Source of the DNA: an uncultured Planctomycetales bacterium
Lineage (GTDB): Bacteria > Omnitrophota > Gorgyraeia > Zapsychrales > JANLHA01
Direction: 5' to 3'
DNA: 64,000 nt
Assembly (NCBI GenBank): GCA_964374105.1
Contig: CAYJXI010000002.1
Coordinates: forward strand, 57,730-121,729
The position numbers and the translations under genes are program-made. This document shows, piece by piece, positions 7,253 through 17,205 of the stretch (the first letter of the stretch is position 1; every line of letters begins with the position of its first letter). The notes beneath the pieces are model-generated. The model worked only from the letters and a program-made list of their open reading frames with translations. It was not told the DNA's origin and made no database searches.

Positions 7253-8809
7253 ATGATTAAAGTTAAACGAGCCCTCATCAGTGTTTCCGATAAAAATGGT
7301 CTTTTAGATTTTGCGAAAGGGCTTAATCAATTGGGAATTGAAATCATTTCCACCGGAGGGACAGCTAAAGTCCTTAAGGCGAGTGATATTCCGGTCAAAG
7401 AGGTTTCGGATTATACGGGTTTCCCGGAGATCTTGGATGGGCGGATCAAAACGCTTCATCCCGCCATCCATGGCGGGTTGTTGGCCTTGCGCGAAAAAGA
7501 AGAACATATCAGCCAGCTGAAAAAGTTTAATATGGGATTGATCGATATGGTGGTGGTCAATCTTTATCCCTTCCCCCGTTTTATTCAGAAAAAAAATGTA
7601 ACCTTAGAGGAGGCCCTGGAAAATATTGATATTGGAGGGCCCGCCGTGGTTCGTTCTGCTGCCAAAAATTTTAAAAGTGTCGCCGTAATTTGCAATCCCC
7701 TCCGTTATAAAGAAATCCTCAAAGAATTGGATTTGAATCAAGGCCTTTTATCCGATACGGTTTTGATGAATCTAGCGGTCGAGGCCTTTCAACATACGGC
7801 GGACTATGACCGAATCATCTATGATTTTCTTAAAAATAGGGATAAGGATCACGGACTCACTCGGATGCCCTCCGAGTTAAATTTACGATTTCATAAATTG
7901 CAAGATCTTCGTTATGGTGAAAATCCCCACCAAACGGCCGCGTTTTATCAAGATGAAGGACAGGCAAAAGGGTTGGCGAAATTAAAACAACTGCATGGGA
8001 AAGAGATGTCATTCAATAATTTATTGGATCTCAATTCTGCCGTTGAAATCCTTAAGGATTTTGCTTTGCCGACAGCCGTCATCATTAAACACAACAATCC
8101 GACCGGAGTTGCTTGTGCCTCTAGCTTAGGGAAGGCATTTCAAGAGGCTTATCAATGTGATTCCCTTTCTGCATTTGGCGGAATCATTGGTTTAAATAAA
8201 AAGGTTGATTTCAAAACGGCCCAGGCCATCCAAAAAAGTGGTTTCATGGAATGCGTTATTGCCCCGGCTTATGATAAAAACGCCTTTTTCCTTCTTTCCC
8301 AAAAGAAAAATCTAAGAATGATCCAGCTGGATACAAACGATTGGAATCGACAAGAATTTGATTTTAAAAAGATCCTCGGCGGGTTATTATTTCAGGATGA
8401 CGATAACAAAAATATTGATTCTAAGGAATGGCAAATCGCTACCCAAAGGAAGCCCACCCAATCCCAAAGGGAATCAATGTTATTCGGCTGGAAGATCATC
8501 AAACACATCCGATCCAATGCCGTGATTTTGGTCAAGGGGACAAGGACAATTGGCATTGGATGCGGCCAGACCTCTCGAATTGAAAGTATTGTCTTAGCTA
8601 TCAAAAAAGCAGGTCAACAGGCTAGGGATTCGATTTTGATTTCTGAAGCCTTTTTTCCTAAAACCGATAATGTCAAAGTTGCCGCCAGAGCCGGCATTCG
8701 GGCGATCATTCAATCAGGCGGATCCATCGCTGATCAAGATGTGATCAAAGAAGCCAATAGGGCTAAGATGGTCATGGTATTGACCGGAGTTCGGCATTTT
8801 AAACATTAA
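7253..8809 (+). CDS. purH: Bifunctional AICAR transformylase / IMP cyclohydrolase PurH
   Basis: 518 aa. The N-terminal MGS-like IMPCH domain (RALISVSDKNGL...ISTGGTAK...DGRIKTLHP) and the C-terminal AICARFT domain are recognisable. Confidence 0.9.
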   Translation: MIKVKRALISVSDKNGLLDFAKGLNQLGIEIISTGGTAKVLKASDIPVKEVSDYTGFPEILDGRIKTLHPAIHGGLLALREKEEHISQLKKFNMGLIDMVVVNLYPFPRFIQKKNVTLEEALENIDIGGPAVVRSAAKNFKSVAVICNPLRYKEILKELDLNQGLLSDTVLMNLAVEAFQHTADYDRIIYDFLKNRDKDHGLTRMPSELNLRFHKLQDLRYGENPHQTAAFYQDEGQAKGLAKLKQLHGKEMSFNNLLDLNSAVEILKDFALPTAVIIKHNNPTGVACASSLGKAFQEAYQCDSLSAFGGIIGLNKKVDFKTAQAIQKSGFMECVIAPAYDKNAFFLLSQKKNLRMIQLDTNDWNRQEFDFKKILGGLLFQDDDNKNIDSKEWQIATQRKPTQSQRESMLFGWKIIKHIRSNAVILVKGTRTIGIGCGQTSRIESIVLAIKKAGQQARDSILISEAFFPKTDNVKVAARAGIRAIIQSGGSIADQDVIKEANRAKMVMVLTGVRHFKH

Positions 8810-9031
8810 AACAATGTGCGACTTTTAATCAGTTCGGTTGTGAGGGTGAGTGGTGGGTGAGGCGTCGGGTTTTTGGGGTTAGGTTGCCTGAAGGTCAGTA
8901 CCCAAAATCTATAACACATCCGTATCCTTTTTAAAAGAGTGCACCTGACGTTTAACAGGAGGCCCTTTGGTCTTGATGCCTGGGTGATCAACCAATCAAA
9001 ATCCCAAACGTTACCCTTCCTTAAATAAACT

Positions 9032-10615
9032 ATGACACCTCAAGAAGCCAAAGAATATCTTGATTCGTTCATTAATTATGAGGTTCATCTTGGCTTAGGA
9101 GATCCGTCCCAGTTTAAGTTGAGCCGAGTGGAATATCTTTTGGAACTCTTAGGAGGACCTCATAAAAAGTTAAAGTTTATTCATATCGCGGGGACAAAGG
9201 GAAAGGGATCCACCTGTGCCTTTGCGGCCAATATATTAAAATATTCCGGCTACCGGGTTGGACTTTACACCTCCCCGCATTTTTGTGATCTCAACGAGCG
9301 AATAAGAATCCTTTCGTTGACCCATTCGACCCCGCCATGGCGGGGTTCAGGGGCAACCCTGAGTCCTTCGACAAGCTCATCCCGCCCGTTGGCGGGACGA
9401 GCGAAGTCGAGGGGCCAAGCCCCAACATACCTGGGGGGGATAGTCGAACACCTTCAACTTCGCTCAGTGCTCAACCCTGCCCGCCCCGCAAAGCGTAAGC
9501 GGGCCGGGGAGTATAATCGAAGGGCCGAAGGGTTGACCGACCCTTTAAAGAAGCACGACTTTATTTTTGAGGATTGTATTTCGGATCAAGAATTGTGTTC
9601 TTTGATTGAAAAAACCCAACCTTATTTAGAAAAGGCCAGATTGACGACAAAGTATGGACGATTGAGTTATTTTGAGGTCTTGACCGTTTTAGCCTTGTAT
9701 TATTTTTTTAAACAAAATGTCGATGTCGTTGTCTTGGAAACCGGTTTGGGAGGTCGACTCGATGCCACCAATGTCGTTGATTCTTTAGTTTGCGGAATAA
9801 CACCCATCAGCCTTGAACATACCCAACAACTCGGTAACACCCTGGATAAGATTGCTCAAGAGAAAGCAGGGATCCTAAAAGATCCAAATCAGCTGGCCGT
9901 TATCGCACTGCAGCCTTTGGAAGTGTATGAGGTGATTAAAAAAAGATGTGAGGATTTAGGGATTAGGTTTTACACAGTCGGAAAGGATATTCTTTTTCAT
10001 TCTCTTACTCAAGAAGAGTCGCAACAACGGTTTGAAATTAAGGCAGGCAAATCTCTCTATCGATTATCAACTTCCTTGGTAGGAAGACACCAGGTTGTTA
10101 ATGCGGCCACTGCGGTGGGTTTAATTGAGGCCGGTAAAGATTTCGGATTCCAGATAAACGAGGAAAATATTTCTGATGGCATTGCGCAATGCTTTTGGCC
10201 GGGACGTTTTGAGATCATTCAAAAATACCCTTGGGTCATCCTAGATTGTGCGCATAATCCTAGTTCCTGTTTAAAGTTGAAAGAAACAGTTTTAGAATTA
10301 TTTCCTCAGAAGAAAATCCTTTTGATTTTAGGGGTTTCGCAGGATAAGGATATTTTGGGGATTTGTCAAAATCTTCAAAGTATAGCCGCGAGGGTTATTA
10401 CTACCAAAGCCAATCATCCGCGGGCCTTTGATTTCACCCAAAAGAACAGCAAAGATTTATTCCCGGGATGTCAGACGACTATGACCGAAAGTGTTAAGGA
10501 GGCGGTATCGTTAGCTTTTAAAAAGGTGGATCCAGAAGATGTCATCTTAATCACCGGATCGATTTTTGCTGTGGGAGAAGCCAGAGCCTTATTAATTCCC
10601 TCACTCGTCATTTAA
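9032..10615 (+). CDS. folC: Folylpolyglutamate synthase / dihydrofolate synthase FolC, carrying a ~70-aa in-frame insertion
   Basis: FIHIAGTKGKGST (P-loop) and the Mur-ligase family motifs are present. The 527-aa length exceeds the typical ~420-440 aa. The excess is a GC-rich palindromic repeat element at 9320-9545. Confidence 0.8.
   Translation: MTPQEAKEYLDSFINYEVHLGLGDPSQFKLSRVEYLLELLGGPHKKLKFIHIAGTKGKGSTCAFAANILKYSGYRVGLYTSPHFCDLNERIRILSLTHSTPPWRGSGATLSPSTSSSRPLAGRAKSRGQAPTYLGGIVEHLQLRSVLNPARPAKRKRAGEYNRRAEGLTDPLKKHDFIFEDCISDQELCSLIEKTQPYLEKARLTTKYGRLSYFEVLTVLALYYFFKQNVDVVVLETGLGGRLDATNVVDSLVCGITPISLEHTQQLGNTLDKIAQEKAGILKDPNQLAVIALQPLEVYEVIKKRCEDLGIRFYTVGKDILFHSLTQEESQQRFEIKAGKSLYRLSTSLVGRHQVVNAATAVGLIEAGKDFGFQINEENISDGIAQCFWPGRFEIIQKYPWVILDCAHNPSSCLKLKETVLELFPQKKILLILGVSQDKDILGICQNLQSIAARVITTKANHPRAFDFTQKNSKDLFPGCQTTMTESVKEAVSLAFKKVDPEDVILITGSIFAVGEARALLIPSLVI
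9320..9545. repeat. GC-rich compound palindromic element (REP/MITE-like) inserted in-frame in folC
   Basis: It contains accccgccatggcggggt and tcccgcccgttggcgggacga, the same sub-palindromes seen in other copies at 28.8 kb, 46.9 kb and 51.5 kb. Local GC is far above the flanking folC sequence. Confidence 0.6.
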
Positions 10616-10755
10616 GAAACTCTGATTTTATTAGAAGTGGTTTCAAAACCTCTTTATTCCCCCGCCTTAGGGGGAGAATAAAGAAGAAGCTGTTGAGGAG
10701 ATATCCAATTTAGAGGTTATGAAATCAGTTCTAGTTCAAGGGGACGCAAGGAAGA

Positions 10756-12165
10756 ATGTATCAGTATAAAGGTCTTGAGGACACCATCGTTGCCATTTGC
10801 ACACCTTTCGGGCAGGGAGGAATTGGTATTGTCCGTTTAAGCGGGCAGGAAGCCGTCAAGATTGCGGATAAGATGTTTCTTTCAAAAAATAAAAAAAGGC
10901 CCTCCCAATTTAAAAATTTCATGGTGCATTACGGTTACGTCGTTTCTAAAAATGGAATAAATTTAAAAGGGCAAATCATTGATGAGGCACTTCTGACCGT
11001 GATGCGGGCTCCCAGAAGTTATACCAAAGAAAATATTGTAGAAATCAGCTGTCACGGAGGAGTTATGCCTTTAAGGTGCATATTGAATTTGAGCATAGAT
11101 TATGGGGCGCGCTTAGCAGAACCAGGAGAATTTACCAAAAGGGCTTTTTTGAATGGACGGATTGACTTAACCCAGGCCGAGGCGGTTTTGGATATTGTTC
11201 AAGCCAAGACAGAAGCGTTCATGCGAGTTTCTACCCATCAACTCAAAGGAGAGCTGACACTCGAACTAGAGGTTATTCGAGAAGGACTGATGAATATTTA
11301 TACAAAATTGGAGGCCTTTGTGAATTTTCCAGAGGATACAATCGGGGCCGAAGGGAAAAATGAAATTGTCAAACAAATAATTTACCTTGAAGAAAAAGTT
11401 AGTCAATTGTTGAGAACCAGCGAACAGGGAAGGATTTTGAAGGAAGGGATAAAGATTGTTCTCTGCGGTAGTCCCAATGTGGGAAAATCTTCTCTGCTTA
11501 ATTGTTTGCTAAAGCAACCTCGGGCTATTGTGAGTCCTATCCCGGGGACAACCCGAGATACCATCGAGGAAAGTGCGCAAATCAAAGGAATCCCTTTTCA
11601 GCTGGTGGATACCGCCGGTATCCTAGAGCCTCGGGATTTGATCGAACAAGAGGCTATCCACCGGAGCCGTTTGTATATTCAACAGGCGGATTTGATTTTA
11701 TTGATAGTGGATGGAGGCCAAAAAATTTCACAACAGGAGGAAAAATTAATTTCCCTGATTAAGGATCAGAATGTGCTGATTGTTATCAATAAATGTGATT
11801 TGCCAATTCAGTTAAGGGAGGATGAGATCCAAAGAATTCTTCCCAACCACAAAACGATTTTCGTTTCTGCTCTTAAGAAGATTGGAATCGATCAACTGGA
11901 GGAAGGTATTGTTGAAAATGTTTTAAAAGGGCAAGGCATTGATTCTCAAGGGATTCTCATTAGCAATGTCCGTCATATTCAATCCTTGAAAAATTGTATT
12001 AAAGCCATCCATCGCAGCAAAGAGATTTTAATTCAGGGTGTATCGTTGGAATTTGTTTCCGAAGAAATCAAAACCGCGATTAATGATTTGGATAGCATTA
12101 CGGGAAGGAATATCGATGCGGATTTGTTAGACCGGATTTTTTCGCAGTTCTGCATTGGCAAATGA
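10756..12165 (+). CDS. mnmE: tRNA modification GTPase MnmE (TrmE)
   Basis: 469 aa. The G-domain motifs GSPNVGKSSLLN and DTAG are present, together with the C-terminal CIGK motif. Confidence 0.9.
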   Translation: MYQYKGLEDTIVAICTPFGQGGIGIVRLSGQEAVKIADKMFLSKNKKRPSQFKNFMVHYGYVVSKNGINLKGQIIDEALLTVMRAPRSYTKENIVEISCHGGVMPLRCILNLSIDYGARLAEPGEFTKRAFLNGRIDLTQAEAVLDIVQAKTEAFMRVSTHQLKGELTLELEVIREGLMNIYTKLEAFVNFPEDTIGAEGKNEIVKQIIYLEEKVSQLLRTSEQGRILKEGIKIVLCGSPNVGKSSLLNCLLKQPRAIVSPIPGTTRDTIEESAQIKGIPFQLVDTAGILEPRDLIEQEAIHRSRLYIQQADLILLIVDGGQKISQQEEKLISLIKDQNVLIVINKCDLPIQLREDEIQRILPNHKTIFVSALKKIGIDQLEEGIVENVLKGQGIDSQGILISNVRHIQSLKNCIKAIHRSKEILIQGVSLEFVSEEIKTAINDLDSITGRNIDADLLDRIFSQFCIGK

Positions 12166-12190
12166 TTCAATGGAGTCTTTTGAAATTTAT

Positions 12191-13015
12191 TTAAGGATTG
12201 GCATCGGGATAGACATCAGATTGGTCGGTCTCGGAAGATGAGTCAAGATCTTCAAATTCTGTATCCTCCTCATCTTTGGAATCTGGGGGAGCCGATTTTA
12301 TTTTCTCCTGATAAACCTTTTCTGCAATCAGAGAGATTTTTTTCATCAACTCCTCATCGCGAAGAATAGCCAGAAATTTAGGATGGAAAATTAATTCTGA
12401 GTAGTTTTCCTCTTCTATCAGTTCTTGGACCTCTTCATCTTCAGCGAGTTCCTGAATTTTTTCATCAGATATAAAGTTTTGATACTCGGGCGTTTTGGCT
12501 ATTTTTTTTAATTGATCGGGATTCTTTAAAATTAAAAGAGAATCAAAAATATTTTTAGCCAACGGAGTTTGCTTGATCACGGATTCCGTAAACCAACCCC
12601 AGGTTAAAGATTGTTCGATATTTTTTTGCAGGCGCTCTAAGTCCCATAATTGCGGGGGTAGAAGGCTGATGAAAAAAATAACAATCATTGTCAGCCCACC
12701 TTTCCAGAGGAGACTTAAAAGACCACCCAAAAGGCGGCTGGCCCAAAACACGTAATGCCGAAAATTTTTATCGACTGTTCTGCGGCTTAAAAAGAATAGC
12801 AGGGTCAAAAGGATCGAAAGAACAATGGTCCCTCCAGACGTGACAAAAATAGCAGTTATAAGATTATTTGTCACATCATAATATAAAATTCCTACGATTA
12901 AAAAGACGAAAAAAGAAAAAGGCCCAATCAGAGCATATAAAAGGCCATTCCCCCAACCAATCAAAAAACACACTGCCCAAAAGACTAAAAGGAAATAGTC
13001 TAGGGACGTATACAA
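12191..13015 (-). CDS. CvpA-like polytopic membrane protein with an acidic C-terminal extension
   Basis: There are four predicted N-terminal TM helices with a CvpA-like pattern. The C-terminus is glutamate/aspartate-rich. Confidence 0.35.
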   Translation of the reverse strand: MYTSLDYFLLVFWAVCFLIGWGNGLLYALIGPFSFFVFLIVGILYYDVTNNLITAIFVTSGGTIVLSILLTLLFFLSRRTVDKNFRHYVFWASRLLGGLLSLLWKGGLTMIVIFFISLLPPQLWDLERLQKNIEQSLTWGWFTESVIKQTPLAKNIFDSLLILKNPDQLKKIAKTPEYQNFISDEKIQELAEDEEVQELIEEENYSELIFHPKFLAILRDEELMKKISLIAEKVYQEKIKSAPPDSKDEEDTEFEDLDSSSETDQSDVYPDANP

Positions 13016-13106
13016 GAGTTTCTCCTTTTTGAAATTAGTATAACTTAACTGATCATGTTACGAGAGCTTTTTTAGAATTTTTTTCCAGGGATGTGAATGG
13101 ATAGCT

Positions 13107-14825
13107 TTAAGGCCTTTTTGTATCAAACCATGCTTGGTGTAATTTTTTCGCATCGAGGATATAAACATAGGTATTTCTTTTATTCTGGTTAAAGATTTGA
13201 TTAAGGATAAGATCCCGGTACGTACAAACCTCTTCTTCCTGTGTCCAGATTTTACTGGAAGCCAAGGTTGGAAAATAAGCAACGGTAAACTTTTCTAGAT
13301 TTTGGGATAAATAAAGTTCGGTCAAAAAAGGATCACGCATAAAGTCATCTTCGGCACAGTCCAACCAGATAGATCGACCGGTGATCGGGGGAATGAGGAT
13401 GTAACCTTCTGGGACCTGTAAGACGGTCCTCATACCCTCAAATTGAACCTCGTGTTTTCTTTTAGGATTGTTGAGGACAGAAACAGTAAAAGGGTTGTTG
13501 GGGTGATGGATGTAAACCCAAAGCTTCTGAACATTATTTTTAGCAAGCCAGGTGTCAATTTTAGCCGTTGCCATCCGCGTTGGGAAAACATCGAAGAGAA
13601 AAATTCTTAAATTGAAGATGAGATGAGATAAGACTAAAAGGACAATAGTTACCCTCAAGATGTTTTTAAATCTTCTGCTAGGATTAGTAAAAAATCTATG
13701 CTTAATTTCCTGAAAGATAAAACAAACCAAAAAGATGATCCCCATGAACCACGAATAATAATTGCGGCCAAATTGAGACACTTGGGTGATTTCCACTGCC
13801 AGCGGAGTTGAGAGGCTGATCAGGATGAGAAAAAAGAGCGAACGTTGTTTTAGAGAAAGTTTGAATAAGTATAAGATGCTTAATAAATATACGGAAAACA
13901 ATAAAGGCATGATGAGAAAAAAATATTTAATAATCCAAATCCAACCGGCCCCACGAAAGGAAATAGGTTCGGGGAGATTATAGGCATAAGGATAAGGTAA
14001 GTATTTTACAAGATAATCATGGTAAGCCTCGAAATGATTGACATGTTGGCTGGTGAATAGAAAATCAATAAAATTTATCACGCTTTTGAGCGGATCGGGG
14101 AAGGTAAAAAGCAAGATAATGCCTAAACATCCGATAAGAAATAACAAGGCTCTTGTCATGAATGTTTTTATATGTGTTTTACTCAACGAAATTTTAAAAG
14201 GATCGAGAAAATAAACAAAAAGAAAGTAAGGGAGAAAGAGAGTCGCGGTGGGAGAAGAGAAAAGCATAAACCCAAAACAAATGCCGGCTACCAGCGAAGG
14301 AATTGATTTGTCTTGAGATTTAAGCAAGAAAAAAACGGTAAATAAGAAGAACATCATCACCCAAGGTTGATGGGCTCCCTGAAGGACATACTGGTATGAC
14401 CAAAACGATGTGGCAAAAATAAAAAAGGCGATCAGGCCAATATGGTGATCAAAAAGTTTTTTGATGATGAGGTAGATGAGAATCGAAGAGACCTGGACAG
14501 CTAGAATCAAAAGGAGAATGTTGGGATATAAGGTCTCGTTGTCTTTAAGGATTTTTTGCATAATGGCAATACCCAGGATCATGGATTCTTTGCCGTGCAT
14601 ACTAATCCGGCCCAATGTGCCCGGGGCAGGGACATTATGCATTTCTGAAAAGTAAGGCAGTTCGAAAAGTTTAGCAGCTGTCGGAATATAAGCAAAGTAG
14701 GAGTCGGTTGGCCAAAAGTTGATGTAAACGGTCGATAGGGCAAGACCTAAGGAAATGAAGGTCGTAAGCATGATAACCAAAACTAAATAGATGGACTTAA
14801 TGTTTTTTGTGATGGGAAGAGCCAT
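13107..14825 (-). CDS. Polytopic membrane protein, GT-C/PMT/ArnT-like candidate glycosyltransferase (paralog A)
   Basis: 572 aa with at least 10 TM helices, followed by a soluble ~150-aa C-terminal domain. It is a paralog of the adjacent gene. Conserved blocks include YINFWP.DSY..YIPTA and ILIPPITG. Confidence 0.4.
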   Translation of the reverse strand: MALPITKNIKSIYLVLVIMLTTFISLGLALSTVYINFWPTDSYFAYIPTAAKLFELPYFSEMHNVPAPGTLGRISMHGKESMILGIAIMQKILKDNETLYPNILLLILAVQVSSILIYLIIKKLFDHHIGLIAFFIFATSFWSYQYVLQGAHQPWVMMFFLFTVFFLLKSQDKSIPSLVAGICFGFMLFSSPTATLFLPYFLFVYFLDPFKISLSKTHIKTFMTRALLFLIGCLGIILLFTFPDPLKSVINFIDFLFTSQHVNHFEAYHDYLVKYLPYPYAYNLPEPISFRGAGWIWIIKYFFLIMPLLFSVYLLSILYLFKLSLKQRSLFFLILISLSTPLAVEITQVSQFGRNYYSWFMGIIFLVCFIFQEIKHRFFTNPSRRFKNILRVTIVLLVLSHLIFNLRIFLFDVFPTRMATAKIDTWLAKNNVQKLWVYIHHPNNPFTVSVLNNPKRKHEVQFEGMRTVLQVPEGYILIPPITGRSIWLDCAEDDFMRDPFLTELYLSQNLEKFTVAYFPTLASSKIWTQEEEVCTYRDLILNQIFNQNKRNTYVYILDAKKLHQAWFDTKRP

Positions 14826-14852
14826 GGTTAATCGTTCTGATCTAATAAGATT

Positions 14853-16586
14853 TTACCGGATGGGTAATATTTTAGGAAATTGAGCAAACCATTCTTTTTG
14901 GAGTTTACTAGCATCCAGGATGTAGACATATCCCTTTTTTCTGTCTTTTTCATCAATGCCCTTGATAATTAAGTCGAGATAAGTACAGATCTCTTCCTCT
15001 TGAACCCATATTTTACTTGTGGCCATCGTTTTAAAGGAAGCCGCAACATACTTTTTAAAATCTGAGGAATGATATAATTCGGTTAAATAGGGATCTAAAG
15101 TAAAATCCGTGTAACGGCATTCTTTAAAAATCGTTTTCCCAGTGATAGGAGGAATTAAAATATAACCCTCTTGGGCTTGTCGGATATTATCCATGCCATA
15201 AAATTTTATTTCCTCTTTTTGTTTGGGATTATTGAGAAACTGGACGAAATTGAGATTAAGGGGGTGGTTAAAATAAACATAAATTCTTTTGATATTTCGT
15301 TCCCTGAGCCAGTGATGAATTCGGGTGGTGGCTAATCGGGTAGGAAAAACATCGGTTGAAAAAATATAAAGGTTAAAGATAAGATGCAATAAGAAGAGGC
15401 CGATTAGCGAACCTAGAAATTTCAATTTGACTTTTTTGTTGGTCAAGTTTTTCTCAAAATGGTATGCGGCCAGGCAAATAAGAAAGATGAGCCCTACGAT
15501 CCAGGAGAAATAATTTCTCCCGAATTGGGCTACCCCAACCCACTCGGCCAGTAAAGGGGTGGAAAGGCTAATCAAACACAGATACAGCAGTTGGATTTTC
15601 TGCAACGAAGTTTTTATCAAATACAGTAAACTCACAATATACCAAGGAAACATAATAGGCATGATCAAGAAAAAATATTTGAATATCCATACAAATCCCT
15701 CGCCCCGCAGGCTCTCAGGGAGGGGAAAATAACGGGAGAGATAACTTTGATAAATAACAAAATTATTCCCTGACTGACTGGCACGGATGAATAGAGAATA
15801 ATCTTTAATGTTTTTGATACAATGCGGGAAGGTAAAAAGTAAAAAAATACCTAAGACCCCTAACCCAAAGATTAAACATTGATGGTAGGGGAAGGAGTGA
15901 ATTTTTGTAGCCGAAGAATTTTCGTTCATAATCTTCCATAAGTAGAAACCAAGAAAGTAAGGAAAGTAAAGGGGAGCCGTTGGTGAGGAGAATAACATAA
16001 ATCCAAAGAAGATGCCTGACAGAAGATACGAAAAATTTGATTCTTTAAAGCAGAACAAAAAGAAAACCGTAAAAAGAAAATTCAAAAGCACCAAAGGTTG
16101 GTGGGCTCCTTGCAAACAGTACATATATGGCCCAAAGCAAGTCATAAATAAAAGACTCGCCAAAATCCCTATCTCTCTACCGAAGAATTTAGAAAAGATT
16201 GTATAAAATAAGATGGACGATATGCCGATGGAAATAATCAAAAGAAACACATTGGGATATAAACTCTGAAAATCATTCAGTATTCGTTGCATGACGGCAA
16301 TTCCTAAAATCAGGGCTTCCTTGCCATGCATGGTAATCTTGATTAAGCCATCGATGGGTAGATCATGCATTTCGGAAAGAAAAGGTTTTTCAAAGAGACG
16401 TCTTGCGGTTGGAATATAAGGTGTATAGGAATCTGAGGGCCAAAAGTTAATGTAGTAGGTTGACAAGGATAAGAGAAATATGATTGTTAAGGAGAAGACA
16501 AGGATAAACAAAAAATAGAATCTTTGTCTTTGGATGAAGAATAAATCACGCAAAGATTGAGAGAATTTCCTTAGAGAATTGTTCAT
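14853..16586 (-). CDS. Polytopic membrane protein, GT-C/PMT/ArnT-like candidate glycosyltransferase (paralog B)
   Basis: 577 aa with the same architecture and conserved blocks as 13107-14825. Confidence 0.4.
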   Translation of the reverse strand: MNNSLRKFSQSLRDLFFIQRQRFYFLFILVFSLTIIFLLSLSTYYINFWPSDSYTPYIPTARRLFEKPFLSEMHDLPIDGLIKITMHGKEALILGIAVMQRILNDFQSLYPNVFLLIISIGISSILFYTIFSKFFGREIGILASLLFMTCFGPYMYCLQGAHQPLVLLNFLFTVFFLFCFKESNFSYLLSGIFFGFMLFSSPTAPLYFPYFLGFYLWKIMNENSSATKIHSFPYHQCLIFGLGVLGIFLLFTFPHCIKNIKDYSLFIRASQSGNNFVIYQSYLSRYFPLPESLRGEGFVWIFKYFFLIMPIMFPWYIVSLLYLIKTSLQKIQLLYLCLISLSTPLLAEWVGVAQFGRNYFSWIVGLIFLICLAAYHFEKNLTNKKVKLKFLGSLIGLFLLHLIFNLYIFSTDVFPTRLATTRIHHWLRERNIKRIYVYFNHPLNLNFVQFLNNPKQKEEIKFYGMDNIRQAQEGYILIPPITGKTIFKECRYTDFTLDPYLTELYHSSDFKKYVAASFKTMATSKIWVQEEEICTYLDLIIKGIDEKDRKKGYVYILDASKLQKEWFAQFPKILPIR

Positions 16587-16714
16587 GATTGTTTAAAACT
16601 TATTTCACATTTAGGGTTATATAACTAATGGTACTTATTTAAAGGAAAAACTAGAATAGAGATCGTAAGCTATTTTAATAAAATTTCTTTAGATGGTATA
16701 AGGATTATTTAAAA

Positions 16715-17026
16715 TTATTTGGAACGATGCACAGCCGAAGAAGAGCTTTGCGGGGCCTGCGATTCTTCAAGACTGGATTTGGATTGAGGAGAGGTCAAAA
16801 TGACATAACAGATATAAGGGATGAAGAAGATCCCAGCAAGGAAGACGACAAAGACGGGAGCAAGAAGGATATATTTGACAGGTGTGGGGAGTTTTAACTT
16901 CCCTTTCTTGGCCTTTTTGGCTTGGAGGGTTTCATATTCCGCCAGGCTCATTTGCTGAAACCCTCGTTCTTTGTATTTTTTTGATAGGTCTTCTTTATTA
17001 TCAGTCGTCATACTTAAATTTATCAA
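16715..17026 (-). CDS. Small single-pass membrane protein, hypothetical
   Basis: 103 aa with a Lys-rich N-terminus and one TM helix. Codon usage fits the local genome. Confidence 0.3.
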   Translation of the reverse strand: MINLSMTTDNKEDLSKKYKERGFQQMSLAEYETLQAKKAKKGKLKLPTPVKYILLAPVFVVFLAGIFFIPYICYVILTSPQSKSSLEESQAPQSSSSAVHRSK

Positions 17027-17205
17027 GTTTTCTTTTTGCCAGAAAGAAGTATAACAGGTAAAATCGATGAAATCAATGGGTGAAGAAATTTTTTAAATGA
17101 TCGTTTTCCCTTTTAATGATTGATGAAGAGAATTTTTTTGGAAAACCTATTGATAATTTCGCGAGTCGTAATAAAATGAAATTAGAGTTAAAAACATTAG
17201 AAGCT

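Noticed and set aside
9320-9545. Intein in folC
   Set aside because: The insert is low-complexity and repeat-derived. It lacks intein splicing motifs (no N-terminal Cys/Ser block A, no terminal HN plus Cys/Ser/Thr) and is far too short for a Hint plus endonuclease domain.
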